64,000 nucleotides of DNA. It comes from Methanobacteriota archaeon (GTDB lineage: Archaea; Thermoplasmatota; Poseidoniia; Poseidoniales; Thalassarchaeaceae). Shown one piece after another: positions 47,301-57,462 of the stretch (positions are counted from its first letter, which is position 1; the number at the start of each line of letters is the position of its first letter). The stretch lies in contig JAERSV010000080.1 in assembly GCA_016845345.1 (NCBI GenBank), forward strand, positions 8,750 through 72,749, in the 5' to 3' direction. Made by a program: the position numbers and the translations under genes. The notes beneath the pieces were generated by a model. The model saw only the letters and a list, made by a program, of their open reading frames with translations, searched no databases and was not told where the DNA came from.

Positions 47301-49172
47301 CGATAAACAATTATTTCCAGTCAACGTGCTGTTACCCAACTTTGAGTCAAGAGTTCTGCCAGTCCACTGAATTCCTGAATGGTTCCCATAAAGATTGATT
47401 CCCTCGAGTCTTGCATCGGTGTCATCAAGCAAAATGACCGGGGCTGTTGCCGATAGATTTGCATAGATTTCAGCGCCATCAATATCGACCCAGCCGTCCC
47501 AGTTCATGTTTGAATCATCAATGATTATCGCTGACTGACCTTGAACTACATTAGGGTCATGAACTTCCAAATCCACAAATTGAATATCGACTGAATCCTG
47601 AACCCTTAGGGCTGCCCAATTATCATCAATTGATTTACATTGAACGCATTGTACATTAGTTCCTGTAAACATACCATATTGATTACTTTCAACAAAAACC
47701 ATCCCTGCACCATTCTGAGCACTAGCGGCGGAATAGCCATTAGAACGGGATTCAAAGTTTTGCAAGGCTAACCTATTTGAGTTACTTACGCGTAACCCTG
47801 AAAAGCCATTATTTTGTGATAAAATGTTTGAAATAGACGGGAATGCATCTTGAACAAGTAATCCTTCGTTTCCGTTATTTTCAGTGACCCAGTCTGACCC
47901 ACTAACATCACCTTTAGAAACAAATATTCCAACTCCGGGAGACTCTGAAACGGTTAGATTTTGGATTGATGGCCCACCGTTACTACTACTACGCATGAAG
48001 AACCCTGCACGCTCGTTTGTACCCCCTATGAGCGCACCAGAACGCGTTATTGAGGTGTTTATGAAACTCGTAGATGGGTCGGTCATGTACATTTTTACAC
48101 CGTTGATTGTATTATCATGGATATTCAAATTCTCAAACCAACCACCACTAGTGTTGAGGAAAACTGTTCCATATGCCAAACCAGGAGATGATGAGTTTGG
48201 TCCACCTGTTCCAAATACTTCCAAATTGTGGAATCGCCCCATCATGTAGGTTGAATAATTTGAACGGTCTGTTTTTGTCATCATAACTGCAGAATATTGT
48301 GAGTCACCAATTACAACATTTCTAACAACGGGGCGAGTGATTAGGTTATCAGTCGCGTGAAGAACATAAATTCCATTATCACACTTTGAGATGATGACGT
48401 CTTCAATTAGCGGTAGAGAATCTTCAACGAAGATTGCTGCTGAAATATTCATTGTTGCCCCACCTACATTGGTGATATTTACACCACGAATGACACCACC
48501 ACTATTCCCCCAAAATGAAATTGCGCGTGTGATTTGACTTGTGAAGTTGACATCTTCAACAAATGGTGCTGAACCTGCGCCGATAGAAAGCCCGATTCCA
48601 TAGCGCCAATTGGTCATGCTTCCATGTACATCTTGGCCTCCTCCTGCAAATGTGGTTCGTCGAATAACTGGGTTCGACCAATCAAACAAATCGATTGCAA
48701 CTAAGTCAACATTGTTGAATAAAACATCCTCAATAACTGGATCACTATTGAAAATCGTAATGCCAAATTGAGCATCATTGAAGGTTACATTTCTCAGGGA
48801 TGAGCCCCGATTACGGCTGGATGAATTGAATTGAAATCCATCGTGCCAAGTGAATCCTGATTGAACTTGGAGAGTAATTGGGTCAGCAGCAGTACCATCG
48901 GCTACAACTTTTCCATCAACATAAATCCGAACGCCTGGACCCATTTGTAGAGTTGTCCCGGCATAAATTCGTAATTCATCACCTGCGGCAACTGTGAAGT
49001 CATTGTTGATATCCATCGTGCCTGACCAAATTATCAACGCCTTTGAGGAAGTAGACAGAGATTCATCATCGGAAACTAATTGTGAATTTTCATCAACTGG
49101 TAAAACAGATACAAGTGAGGTAAGTGTCATCATCATCGAGAAGATGATAGCAGTTCTCACACCTCTAGCCAT
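44352..49172 (-). CDS. Large surface protein with right-handed beta-helix, several PKD domains and C-terminal TM
   Basis: Parallel beta-helix-like N-terminal half; PKD repeats (FNASNSWDLDNDPITFQWTSDIDG, FDGSASFDPEGD, LNANESWDAD); LSDDGANPDDVASDSTWTG motif; TM and acidic tail. Confidence 0.85.
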   Translation of the reverse strand: MARGVRTAIIFSMMMTLTSLVSVLPVDENSQLVSDDESLSTSSKALIIWSGTMDINNDFTVAAGDELRIYAGTTLQMGPGVRIYVDGKVVADGTAADPITLQVQSGFTWHDGFQFNSSSRNRGSSLRNVTFNDAQFGITIFNSDPVIEDVLFNNVDLVAIDLFDWSNPVIRRTTFAGGGQDVHGSMTNWRYGIGLSIGAGSAPFVEDVNFTSQITRAISFWGNSGGVIRGVNITNVGGATMNISAAIFVEDSLPLIEDVIISKCDNGIYVLHATDNLITRPVVRNVVIGDSQYSAVMMTKTDRSNYSTYMMGRFHNLEVFGTGGPNSSSPGLAYGTVFLNTSGGWFENLNIHDNTINGVKMYMTDPSTSFINTSITRSGALIGGTNERAGFFMRSSSNGGPSIQNLTVSESPGVGIFVSKGDVSGSDWVTENNGNEGLLVQDAFPSISNILSQNNGFSGLRVSNSNRLALQNFESRSNGYSAASAQNGAGMVFVESNQYGMFTGTNVQCVQCKSIDDNWAALRVQDSVDIQFVDLEVHDPNVVQGQSAIIIDDSNMNWDGWVDIDGAEIYANLSATAPVILLDDTDARLEGINLYGNHSGIQWTGRTLDSKLGNSTLTGNNCLSVSNLPKLNTWGLDVSGCTGSVAISGSDLNLTDYVQGSVPFSITGQSYVRSISSQVTIPSLAPSVTFDEMWFVDLWVVNQFSHGLPYAMVNASFSQFESDFSITVPYGGNQLLGPFVGQRHTLTGSSAVTDFSTECWYDNTQGTTGPDALNQDLMMHLCTITLVNQPPLILWDEPLNGTVTSSGAEIWFNASNSWDLDNDPITFQWTSDIDGDTSVFCNPFMGGVVPGDMLVNGPNAGQGQGGCTLVDGEHQITLQVCDDQGNCASETRTIEFVNLPPSVIVQTTPPLDWDGVLRLNYTENLHVNASDTTDAEGDLIQTGEWTEYEQAGIGVTTNYPLEWNRTFEFAPSREFTYTMAFSDGLNPIVYYNISVEVQNEYPHPSFTVNRDSNFSQSIVTFDGSASFDPEGDEIDAWWNSDIDGDLNTSMTTPLIWTGYLSQGTHTISLRLSDDDSYHINQWSTPFEVEVEVLNSPPLSHIESPSPSDSIESADLVLFSAYGSGDWDAPCAEAFPEMSTGWLCNPGSPSMPDTVTPEWTSSLLSEPFGGDWQVEARLPSGTNVVTLTVSDGVNTPVTDSITIEVSTSAPILVLSSPDDGIEVVSNEVVLFDPQQSWDPDGDNFTFSVTSNLLSEPILDAVSPNFWYSRYVPSGDHTLTYTVTDETGMSRNETRSLKVLASPPMAIISSPQEGETISPGANIFLNANESWDADEDIILYRWYLGQGASAVLLNETEMGNQTLAPGTQLISLQVKDSRGSSTWAFVNITVEDSWPVLDDLLVEPGTLTAGVESIITTRAFVLDADMTTWECVGWASQGGIETEFSLSDDGANPDDVASDSTWTGQVRVTPGRDGWVNIEVICRDGPQEEPHLSNRLSSTIRVEGASQQSSFFDVIMDSTVAIILGLLGLAVGGGVIYTFSRKRRLAADLQMIESWGVGGFGDEDGDSPFDEDSDTIGPVGDEKPLDFTEEVDGEQKSDDDIPSMVELD

Positions 49173-49279
49173 ACTAAGACCACGCCTCGCACACCATGTT
49201 TGATGATTCCCCTCTTGTGTCTTGTTAGAAAGTCAGGGGAAATATGTGTTCAGTTTACCTAAATTCTGAAAAAATTTGC

Positions 49280-49729
49280 TCAATCAACTGCAACAACGGT
49301 GAAAGGAATTCCACGCTCCTCTGCCATTTCAATCACAATTCTAGTCCACTTACTCGTAGGTGAGGGAAAGGCGATGAGATCAGTTGCTGCATCAAGCAAA
49401 CGATGGGTAAGAGATGTGGGTGCTTCGGTGCGACCTGCATCCTCCAATCCCTTTCTTGGGGAACCCCATTCTTCATTGAAAACCGCGTGCGGGACATTGT
49501 TGTTTTCAGCCCATCGTTCGGCTAGGTAATCTACCCCACTCGCGCCACCTGTGATGACTAAATCAGGGTGGGCTTCTTTCTCGGTCCATTCTTCAAGCGC
49601 TTCTTCCACAACAGAGAAATCATAAAATCTGCTTGAACCCACTATTACGAGATTAATTATTCTCCCATCTTCATTCAAATCCCTGCCACCGAGGCGGCCT
49701 AAGACATCACTACCTGATTCCCCCATCAT
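49280..49729 (-). CDS. SLOG superfamily protein (YspA/DUF2493-like)
   Basis: LVIVGSSRFYD, VITGGASGVDYLAERWA, LIAFP...T...I..A...GIP; ATG at 49729 preferred. Confidence 0.75.
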   Translation of the reverse strand: MMGESGSDVLGRLGGRDLNEDGRIINLVIVGSSRFYDFSVVEEALEEWTEKEAHPDLVITGGASGVDYLAERWAENNNVPHAVFNEEWGSPRKGLEDAGRTEAPTSLTHRLLDAATDLIAFPSPTSKWTRIVIEMAEERGIPFTVVAVD

Positions 49730-49859
49730 TCTGAGGTATAGAGGTGCGAGATGATAAACCCATGTATGGAACACGGGGATTCTGAGCAAAATTATACTCT
49801 TCAAAGACACCTTCTACTAACAGATGAGATTATGATGGGGTGGTCAGTCGGCGGCAAAC

Positions 49860-50093
49860 ATGGAGACGGCTTTCATCCTCCTAAAAACCGAGCCGGCCCG
49901 CGAAAGAGAGGTATATTCATCCCTCGTTGATCTCGCTGAAGTGGTTGAAACACACGCCCTTTACGGCGAATACGATTTACTTGCAATTGTTAAGTGTGAA
50001 AACTCAAAAAATTTGACTTCTATTCTGATGAAGCAGTTGCGCCAAATTGACGGTGTACGCGAAACTGAGACACTAATTGCGGTGGATTATTGA
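49860..50093 (+). CDS. Stand-alone Lrp/AsnC ligand-binding (RAM) domain protein
   Basis: AFILLKTEP...V.E.HALYGEYDLLA.V...IDGVRETETLI; no HTH. Confidence 0.88.
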   Translation: METAFILLKTEPAREREVYSSLVDLAEVVETHALYGEYDLLAIVKCENSKNLTSILMKQLRQIDGVRETETLIAVDY

Positions 50094-50099
50094 GGTGAT

Positions 50100-50336
50100 A
50101 TGATGGCTGTCGGATTTGTTCTAATTATTACTAAAGCGGGATTTGAGCGAGATGTTCGCTCAGCCCTTGACAGCATTGAACTCGTCACTGGGCGCTGGGG
50201 CGTTTTCGGTGAATTTGACATCATCACCAAAATCGAGGCTGATGATGATGCTGCCCTTACCCGCTGTATTGTAGAAAATATCCGAACCATCGAGGGGATT
50301 ACCGAAACTCGAACTTTAATTGGCGCAGAAATCTAA
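50100..50336 (+). CDS. Stand-alone Lrp/AsnC ligand-binding (RAM) domain protein
   Basis: GFVLIITKAG...VFGEFDIITKIE...IRTIEGITETRTLI; GGTGA SD. Confidence 0.88.
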   Translation: MMAVGFVLIITKAGFERDVRSALDSIELVTGRWGVFGEFDIITKIEADDDAALTRCIVENIRTIEGITETRTLIGAEI

Positions 50337-52066
50337 GAATCATGCAAGTGGCTATGGATTCTTTTCGCTAATTCCTTTCCAATCCCAGGGACTTGGATTA
50401 GGTCAACTAGACTTGCATGGTCAATGCCTTTTCTCCCTCCAAAGTGTCTGAGAAGCGCCTGCAATTTTTTGGCACCTAAGCCTTCAACCTCCTCTAAGGG
50501 GTCAAGTAAAGCGGTTTTCCCTCTTCTTTTCCTGTGAAATTTATTGACAAAACGATGAGCTTCGTCACGAGCATATACCAGTAATCGACCTCGCCTATCG
50601 AGTACCACTGGAGATTTCCCTCTACGGTACAATGTCTCTTCTTTTTTGGCTAGTGCAGCAAGTGGAATACGCTCTTTCAAACCATGTTTTTCAAGTAGGT
50701 CAGAAATTGTTGAAAGATGCGTTTCACCACCGTCAATAAGTAGTAAATCAGGCCATTCATCTTGGCGTTTTAACCACCTCTCTACTACCTCTCTCATCAT
50801 CCTGAGGTCGTCGAATACTTCTCCTTTAACACGAAATGTGCGATATTCCTTTTTATCTGGTCTACCGCCTCGCAGTGTCACACATGCACCTACTTTTTCT
50901 GACCCTTGAAGTTGTGCCATATCAAAGCAAACTACGACATCTAATGACTCCATCCCTAGGTACTCTGCTGCTTCCACAGCCGAGCGATTTTCAAGATTTC
51001 CAGCGGCTCGCTTATCAACAGCCCTTTGAGCCTGCATCTCAGCATTTTGGTCTGCTAATGCCCTGAGAGTTGCTAACTCACCGCGGATTGGAACTCTGAC
51101 TTCAACAGCACCATTTCGACGCTCTTTCAACCAATCTTGTAGTTGCTGACCAATCGGTGTTGGAGTGAGAATTTTGGCTGGTGGTCGACGCGAAAAATAG
51201 TGTTCGGATAAGATGAGACTTATGGATTCTGAAACATCTCCTCTGTGCAAGAGTGGATAGTGTGTTTTTCCAGTAACTACTCCTTGTTTTGCGTGCAGAA
51301 ATACTACTGCACCAAGGTCGCCACGGCTACCAAATCCAATGGCGTCTACATCTTGATAAAACCTGCTTGAAACCACTTTTTTTGACAGTGTTCTCTGAAC
51401 TGATGCGATTATGTCGCGGCTTCTTGCCGCCTCTTCATATTGCATTTGTTCGCTTGCTGAATCCATATCCTCTTGCAATGTGGTCAGAAGTGACTCAGCA
51501 TTTCCTTCCATCACTTGAGTAACCGCCTCAACTTGTTGATCATATCCTGTTGCATCAATACAAGGTGCGGAACACAATCCAATATGCATTGCCAAACAGC
51601 CTTGCGGTAGTAAAGTAGGGCAATCCCTGACCCCGAATTGGCGTCTCAATAGTTGGATTACTCGTTTGGCTGCCCCTGCATCAGGAAATGGCCCCCACAA
51701 CCTCGAATTTTTCGGGGGATGGCGCGTGTAAATGATTCGCGGCACTTCTTCATCTGTGATAGCGATAAATGGATATGATTTATCATCGGTCATCAATGAG
51801 TTGTATTTTGGTTTATGACTACGAATAAGTTCACGCTCTAATGTTAGCGCTTCGCGCGGATTTGGAGTTACAATACAATCTACGTTGTCAGCCTCCTCAA
51901 CCATTTTAGGTATCATATTACGGTCCGGATTAGTTGAAAAATAAGATTTCACCCGCTCTTTCAATACTGTTGCTTTACCAACATACAGGACTCTTCCATC
52001 GTCGCGCTTGAAGAGATATACACCCGGCTTTGAGGGCAGATGCAACTTCGATGCATCCACCGACAT
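50333..52066 (-). CDS. uvrC: Excinuclease ABC subunit C
   Basis: GIY-YIG (LPSKPGVYLF...LYVGKA..LKERVKSYF), DDKSYPFI, CFDMAQLQG, PDLLLIDGG..HL, RDEAHRF, C-terminal HhH. Confidence 0.95.
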   Translation of the reverse strand: MSVDASKLHLPSKPGVYLFKRDDGRVLYVGKATVLKERVKSYFSTNPDRNMIPKMVEEADNVDCIVTPNPREALTLERELIRSHKPKYNSLMTDDKSYPFIAITDEEVPRIIYTRHPPKNSRLWGPFPDAGAAKRVIQLLRRQFGVRDCPTLLPQGCLAMHIGLCSAPCIDATGYDQQVEAVTQVMEGNAESLLTTLQEDMDSASEQMQYEEAARSRDIIASVQRTLSKKVVSSRFYQDVDAIGFGSRGDLGAVVFLHAKQGVVTGKTHYPLLHRGDVSESISLILSEHYFSRRPPAKILTPTPIGQQLQDWLKERRNGAVEVRVPIRGELATLRALADQNAEMQAQRAVDKRAAGNLENRSAVEAAEYLGMESLDVVVCFDMAQLQGSEKVGACVTLRGGRPDKKEYRTFRVKGEVFDDLRMMREVVERWLKRQDEWPDLLLIDGGETHLSTISDLLEKHGLKERIPLAALAKKEETLYRRGKSPVVLDRRGRLLVYARDEAHRFVNKFHRKRRGKTALLDPLEEVEGLGAKKLQALLRHFGGRKGIDHASLVDLIQVPGIGKELAKRIHSHLHDS

Positions 52067-52092
52067 TAGACAATCGGGGAAGGTGAAGGGAA

Positions 52093-54312
52093 ATGAACCC
52101 ACGCCTTGCCTCGCAATCCATGCTCACCGAGGCGCAGACCAGACTTCTGCGACTTCTGTCTACATTCCCTGACACATTGGAGGGTGCTTGGGATGTGCCT
52201 CGTGAACTCTCCCTTCCCGGTTTAGCAGACCAGTTAGGCGTAGTGCGCTCAGCACTGAATCCACCTATTTCTTCACTAGAAAAGGATGGGCTTGTCCATA
52301 CTCGAAAAACCCATGTCATTGGTGGGGGGCATAGGAAACGAACGGTTGTACATATTACTGAAAAAGGCCGAAAAATGGTTGCAGAATTAGAACCAGAAGA
52401 TGAAATAGAAACAAGTGGAGAAATTCAAGGGCAAATGCCAGGACTCACACATATTCACGGTAGGGAAAAATTCCTTCTTGAAATGATGGATGTGCTGGAG
52501 AATGGTGCGACATTACAAGTTGTGGGGCTGCCAGGAATTGGGAAAACCTCGCTGCTAAGAGTATTGGCGGAAAATGCACTTTCTGATGGCTGGAATGTGA
52601 ATTGGATAACAGTGCAATCATTCCATGATGTTGGCAGATTTTCGTCTGAGTTATTGGCTGTTGAAGATGGACCGAAGGATGTCGAGGCAGCCTTTTCGGC
52701 AGTGCTTGAAATTGCTAAGAAAAAATTGTTTGTAGTTGATGAACTACAAGCAGTACACGAGCGTCATAAAGCCGATGTGATGGCTTTGCTGGAGATATTA
52801 GCAGAGAGTGATGATGTCACTCTTGCCATCGGTTGTAGAGCCCCATCGCCAATCCCAACTGGAACTATTTTCAAAATAGATGAAATCTCAGAAGATGATG
52901 CAAGAAAGTTACTTCCCGATGACTTAGATGAATCTATTGCCCAGCAAGTGATTAGTGGTCTTGGCGGTCATCCTTTAGCACTGAAACTATGGCAACCGGG
53001 TCATTCGCTTCCAGAAGCAGATGACCGAATTCAAGAATTTATTCGCACTGATGTGGTGGAAAAACTGCCTTCTGAGGAAATTTCAACTTTAGATGAATTG
53101 GCCGCCTCACCCTTGCCGATTTTGGCCGACCAAATGTCCAACGATGAAGGTGTCGAGCCTCTTGATGAGGCGGCATTGTTGCGCTGGAGTGGTGAAGCAC
53201 TCGAACTTCAACATCTTGTGAGGAATGTTCGTCGCACTATGTGGAAGGAAAACGAAGCGAAAGAAATTCACTCTTCGGCAGCAACACATTGGGCTAAAAG
53301 GATTGAACCAGAAGCAAGACTGCATGAGGCTCATCACAGGGTTCAAGCAGCAAATTCAGAATCTGGAGATGAATTGTCTATCTCTCTTGAAGATGGAATA
53401 CAAGATATGCTAACAATTGATTCTGCTGCCGCGGCTGCAATCATTTCAGATGCCATCAAAATTCTTCCGGATGCTCATCGTTTACGCTTATTGTCAGCAA
53501 AAGTTGCTATCGAAAGAGGCGAGGGTGAAATCGCTGAAAAGGAATTGAGCCATTGTGAAAAAGACCTACAAAAAGAAACACAATGGCGATTGCTCAGCGC
53601 CCGTATCAAGAGATTACATGGAGAATTTGATGAAGCAAAAAAAGAGGAGAAATTAATCCTCAAAGAAGCAGACCCAACTCTAGCCTCAAAAATTCGGCTC
53701 AACCGTTTAATCCTCGGACTCGAGGATAGACTGCCCGGAACAACCGACGAAAAAACCCGGGAGGCTGTTGAAAAAGAAATTTCAGACGTTGACCTCTCTG
53801 CTTTAACTGCAAACAATCGAAAAGCGGCTTTGGTCACAATTGCTGCTATCCGCCACTCATTAGCCCTAGAATCTGGAAATCCAGAAGTGGCGGCAAAAAT
53901 CCGCACTGATTTAGCAACTACTGCCAGCCCCAATGACCCTGTGATTGAGGAAATGTCTGCCCGTGCCGCCTTGGTCTTTGGAGGTGACCAGGGCCGTGTC
54001 ATGAGTCTTATCTCAAGAACCAGTAACCCCCTCAGGAGATGTGCTTTAGGGCTACTATTGGTCAACCATGCTCACCAACAAAAGGACTCGGAAATTGCCG
54101 AAATATTGGCCGCAGTTGAACACCCTCCCGATATGGGTACGACAACCGCTAGGCGCTTATCTGCACAACACTGGTATTGGCGCGGATTGGTTGATTCTAG
54201 ACAACGCGTGAAATGCTGGCAAGAAGCATTGCACCGATTTGGCATGGCTGAATGTGCAAATGCATACATCCAATTACAACACAAACTTCACGATGCTATG
54301 CGTCATATCTGA
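52093..54312 (+). CDS. wHTH + STAND-type P-loop ATPase + helical (TPR-like) repeat protein
   Basis: N-terminal wHTH (SLPGLADQLGVVRSALNPPISSLEKDGLV...ITEKG), Walker A GLPGIGKT, Walker B LFVVDE, STAND GxP motif GGHPLAL, helical C-terminus. Confidence 0.8.
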   Translation: MNPRLASQSMLTEAQTRLLRLLSTFPDTLEGAWDVPRELSLPGLADQLGVVRSALNPPISSLEKDGLVHTRKTHVIGGGHRKRTVVHITEKGRKMVAELEPEDEIETSGEIQGQMPGLTHIHGREKFLLEMMDVLENGATLQVVGLPGIGKTSLLRVLAENALSDGWNVNWITVQSFHDVGRFSSELLAVEDGPKDVEAAFSAVLEIAKKKLFVVDELQAVHERHKADVMALLEILAESDDVTLAIGCRAPSPIPTGTIFKIDEISEDDARKLLPDDLDESIAQQVISGLGGHPLALKLWQPGHSLPEADDRIQEFIRTDVVEKLPSEEISTLDELAASPLPILADQMSNDEGVEPLDEAALLRWSGEALELQHLVRNVRRTMWKENEAKEIHSSAATHWAKRIEPEARLHEAHHRVQAANSESGDELSISLEDGIQDMLTIDSAAAAAIISDAIKILPDAHRLRLLSAKVAIERGEGEIAEKELSHCEKDLQKETQWRLLSARIKRLHGEFDEAKKEEKLILKEADPTLASKIRLNRLILGLEDRLPGTTDEKTREAVEKEISDVDLSALTANNRKAALVTIAAIRHSLALESGNPEVAAKIRTDLATTASPNDPVIEEMSARAALVFGGDQGRVMSLISRTSNPLRRCALGLLLVNHAHQQKDSEIAEILAAVEHPPDMGTTTARRLSAQHWYWRGLVDSRQRVKCWQEALHRFGMAECANAYIQLQHKLHDAMRHI

Positions 54313-54335
54313 TGAAAACTAATATTTTCTTAGAT

Positions 54336-57300
54336 TCACCAATTGTCATCGTCTAAATCGATACCTGCAGTCCAATCAATGTCAGCACCACTTCCACTTG
54401 TTGCACTTGTGGGAGAAATCCCGAGTAATTCTCTCTCAACCTCATAGGTATTTGACTTGGCAGAACGTACCTGAATTAGAGTCTGTTCTTTTGCTAACCG
54501 CTTTCTCTTCTTGCGTCTTGAACGCAGATAAAATAATATGAAAATTATTGCCAAAAGTACAAACAAATATGACATCAATTCTTGGATTATGAATCCATAA
54601 CCAACAGTGAATTGCAGACTGACTTCGTCGCTTTGCTCGGCTTCACAATTATTGGTATTTTCACCTATACAAAGTGGTGCGCGATACAAAATATGTTGTC
54701 GATTTCCTTCAACTGTATTCTGCTCATCCCTACCTAATGAAGATGTAAACTCCAAATGCAAACCTGCTGGCATGGTTAACTCAAAAACCAAAGCAGGTCG
54801 AATCACCAAATCTTGGTCATTGTTTGAGTTGCCATCCATATTAGAGTCAGTTCCACTATCAACATCTTCTACCATAAATATTGGTGAAACTTCTTCGACA
54901 ACCGGCTCAGGAGGTAATGTAACCACGCCATCAGATTCCCCAGCATTTCGGATATTAAAGACATCTAACATTCCATTCATCAACGATGGAATCGCCCCCT
55001 GTGCTGAGGATGTGCTGATAGTAATTGCACCGTCGAGGTATTTTGCTCTAATCATGGTTTTATCTAATTGCAAAATGAACTTAATTGGCTTATCGTCATT
55101 GATGATACCGTTATATGGCCTCTCCATTCTATCAACTGAAGCAGAAAAGTGAAGACTAGAAAGGTCCACAGTCAATAGATCGTCTGATTCTTGCATAGTT
55201 GAGATTTTATCATTCATCATATCAGAAAGTGAGTTCGCAAATGCTTGTAAACCATCATTTGAAAGCTCAAGTTGGTGTATTTCGTCTCCTAAGGGAACCT
55301 CAATTGTTTTGCCGAGTAATCCGTTAACACCGCCCTCCTGCTCATCACCATATGCAATTATGTGGCGGATTAAATCTGAAGGAATCGTTTCGATTTCTAA
55401 TCCTGTATCCTCAATCAAAACTTGTGGAACTTCTATCCTATACAACTCAACTGAAATCTGTCCTTCCACTGCCAATTCAATTTCTTGGCTCCACTCATGA
55501 ACCTCAAATTCGGGGAGATGAAGAACGGTGTGTATTTTGATACAAGAACGCCAATCTGATTGACAAATCAAGTCAGGGCTGGAATCACTACACGCGGCTG
55601 AAACATCGCAAATCGGATCACTCCAATGACGATGATATGGATTTGGCCCAGTTATCGCCAAGGGTGTTTCCTCACCGCTTGCACTAGATGCAGAAAGAGT
55701 GATTGAACGCGGATCACCCACATCAGAAGAAATCCAATCAGGAAGTAATATTGTGACTTCAATTTCAGTTGGGGGTAACCAATCTGGTAGACTATCGGAA
55801 ATGAATGAGGTGTCGAACTGATGTTGATAAACAAGTACTGAGAGTAATGCAGAGACATCTTCTTGTGGTATTGAAGTGATATTCTCTAATCCACTTTGCC
55901 CTGAAATGAGATTTGTTAATTTCTCTAGAGGGTCTGCCGAAAATGGTTCACTAGAAGTGACCAAAGTAACAGGGAAGGAACCGTCCATCGCACTGCCCCC
56001 ACTCAAACAATGGGTGACAGGGACTAATTCAGCACAAGTAACACTTGGTGTGTGGGTGAAATTCAAACCTCCAGAAGCGTCTGCTTGTTTCCAAGTTGCA
56101 GGATTCATGCCAATTTCTATTTCAGATGCGTTAAGAATTGCTGACTCCACATCTTGTAGTGGAATCATTTCTGAGAAATCGTCTAAATCAAGTAAGCCAT
56201 ATTCATGAGCCATTCGGATCCCATCACTTGTAATCCATGGCAATTGAATATTGCCATCTCCAAGAGAAAAACCCCAATCATCTAATACTGTTTTAGGTAG
56301 ATAATGAATATCCATTTCAGCATTAACCCTACTATTTGTTGCATCTCTTAGGTCCACTTCAGCATAAATTGAAATTCCGTGGTCCACATACTGGTCAATA
56401 GATACTGCAGAGGTTGTACCATCACGCAATACACTGATAATTGAGGCATTAATCAGAGTATTTTCGTTCCCTTGCATGCTCAATCCATCGGTAACCCATA
56501 AGCCTGAATTGTATTGCACATTTCCTTGCTGATGTGGAATTAAAGTACCACCTCCGCCAACTGATGAGAATGTTGCGTAATTTGGTGGAATTAACTCAAA
56601 TGTGGAGCGATGCCCTGCTCTAGCAACTAAAGTGAAGTTTGAGGTTACTTCTGCACCCATAGTGAGTAGTCCTTGGAATCCTCTCTCTACATCGAGATCT
56701 GAACCTGAAAGCCCTAGAATATCCGAGTCGATTTGGATTTGGGCAACCGAGCGCAAGCACAATGGTGGATTGAATGCATTATTGGGTAAGCCGAAAACTT
56801 CGTCTATTGAATCCTCATTCATATCGTCAGTACAAGCAATATTCTGCCCCTCAATTGTCACCTGATTGACGATTTGGCTCTCCACTTGAGCAGAACCGCC
56901 ATAGGTGTCGTTCACCAAACTTTCAACTGTGGCTGAAAACTCATTGAGAATGAGTTGTCGCACCTGTAATCCTGAATTCGTCGTGTAACCTAGATAATTT
57001 CGAATATAATCTACAGGTGCGCCACTGTTATTCATATCAAAGCCACCTCCTAAATCCATATCTTGCAGACCAATTACTGAACGATTAAATTCATGCAATT
57101 CCCATTCAAGAGTCATCGTGATAGATGTTGTATTGTGCATCTCAAAATGATAATTTGAGCGCACCCATTCATTAGACTGAGTCAAATCATGAGCAAAATT
57201 GTAGTCATCACAAATTCCAGTCCCATTGTTCCAAGTTGCACAATAGGTATTGGTCACTTCTGGAGTTCCAGGAGGAGGCTCAGCAAGAACAGGTAGGGAT

Positions 57301-57374
57301 GAGAAAAGTGGAACAATCAAAAGCGCAAAAATTGTTTGTCTGCGTGATTTGCTAATCAACTTCCAAGACCCCAA
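54336..57374 (-). CDS. Large hypothetical secreted protein with C-terminal TM
   Basis: 1012-aa ORF, TTG start with GGTGAGAGGAG SD, signal peptide, TM followed by RSRRKKRKR. Confidence 0.8.
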   Translation of the reverse strand: MGSWKLISKSRRQTIFALLIVPLFSSLPVLAEPPPGTPEVTNTYCATWNNGTGICDDYNFAHDLTQSNEWVRSNYHFEMHNTTSITMTLEWELHEFNRSVIGLQDMDLGGGFDMNNSGAPVDYIRNYLGYTTNSGLQVRQLILNEFSATVESLVNDTYGGSAQVESQIVNQVTIEGQNIACTDDMNEDSIDEVFGLPNNAFNPPLCLRSVAQIQIDSDILGLSGSDLDVERGFQGLLTMGAEVTSNFTLVARAGHRSTFELIPPNYATFSSVGGGGTLIPHQQGNVQYNSGLWVTDGLSMQGNENTLINASIISVLRDGTTSAVSIDQYVDHGISIYAEVDLRDATNSRVNAEMDIHYLPKTVLDDWGFSLGDGNIQLPWITSDGIRMAHEYGLLDLDDFSEMIPLQDVESAILNASEIEIGMNPATWKQADASGGLNFTHTPSVTCAELVPVTHCLSGGSAMDGSFPVTLVTSSEPFSADPLEKLTNLISGQSGLENITSIPQEDVSALLSVLVYQHQFDTSFISDSLPDWLPPTEIEVTILLPDWISSDVGDPRSITLSASSASGEETPLAITGPNPYHRHWSDPICDVSAACSDSSPDLICQSDWRSCIKIHTVLHLPEFEVHEWSQEIELAVEGQISVELYRIEVPQVLIEDTGLEIETIPSDLIRHIIAYGDEQEGGVNGLLGKTIEVPLGDEIHQLELSNDGLQAFANSLSDMMNDKISTMQESDDLLTVDLSSLHFSASVDRMERPYNGIINDDKPIKFILQLDKTMIRAKYLDGAITISTSSAQGAIPSLMNGMLDVFNIRNAGESDGVVTLPPEPVVEEVSPIFMVEDVDSGTDSNMDGNSNNDQDLVIRPALVFELTMPAGLHLEFTSSLGRDEQNTVEGNRQHILYRAPLCIGENTNNCEAEQSDEVSLQFTVGYGFIIQELMSYLFVLLAIIFILFYLRSRRKKRKRLAKEQTLIQVRSAKSNTYEVERELLGISPTSATSGSGADIDWTAGIDLDDDNW

Positions 57375-57462
57375 CTCCTCTCACCTGCAATTACATAGTC
57401 AGTCTCTATTCATTTAATTTGGTTCCCCCGCCACGGGATATGTAAAGAGGGGGTATTTCAGG

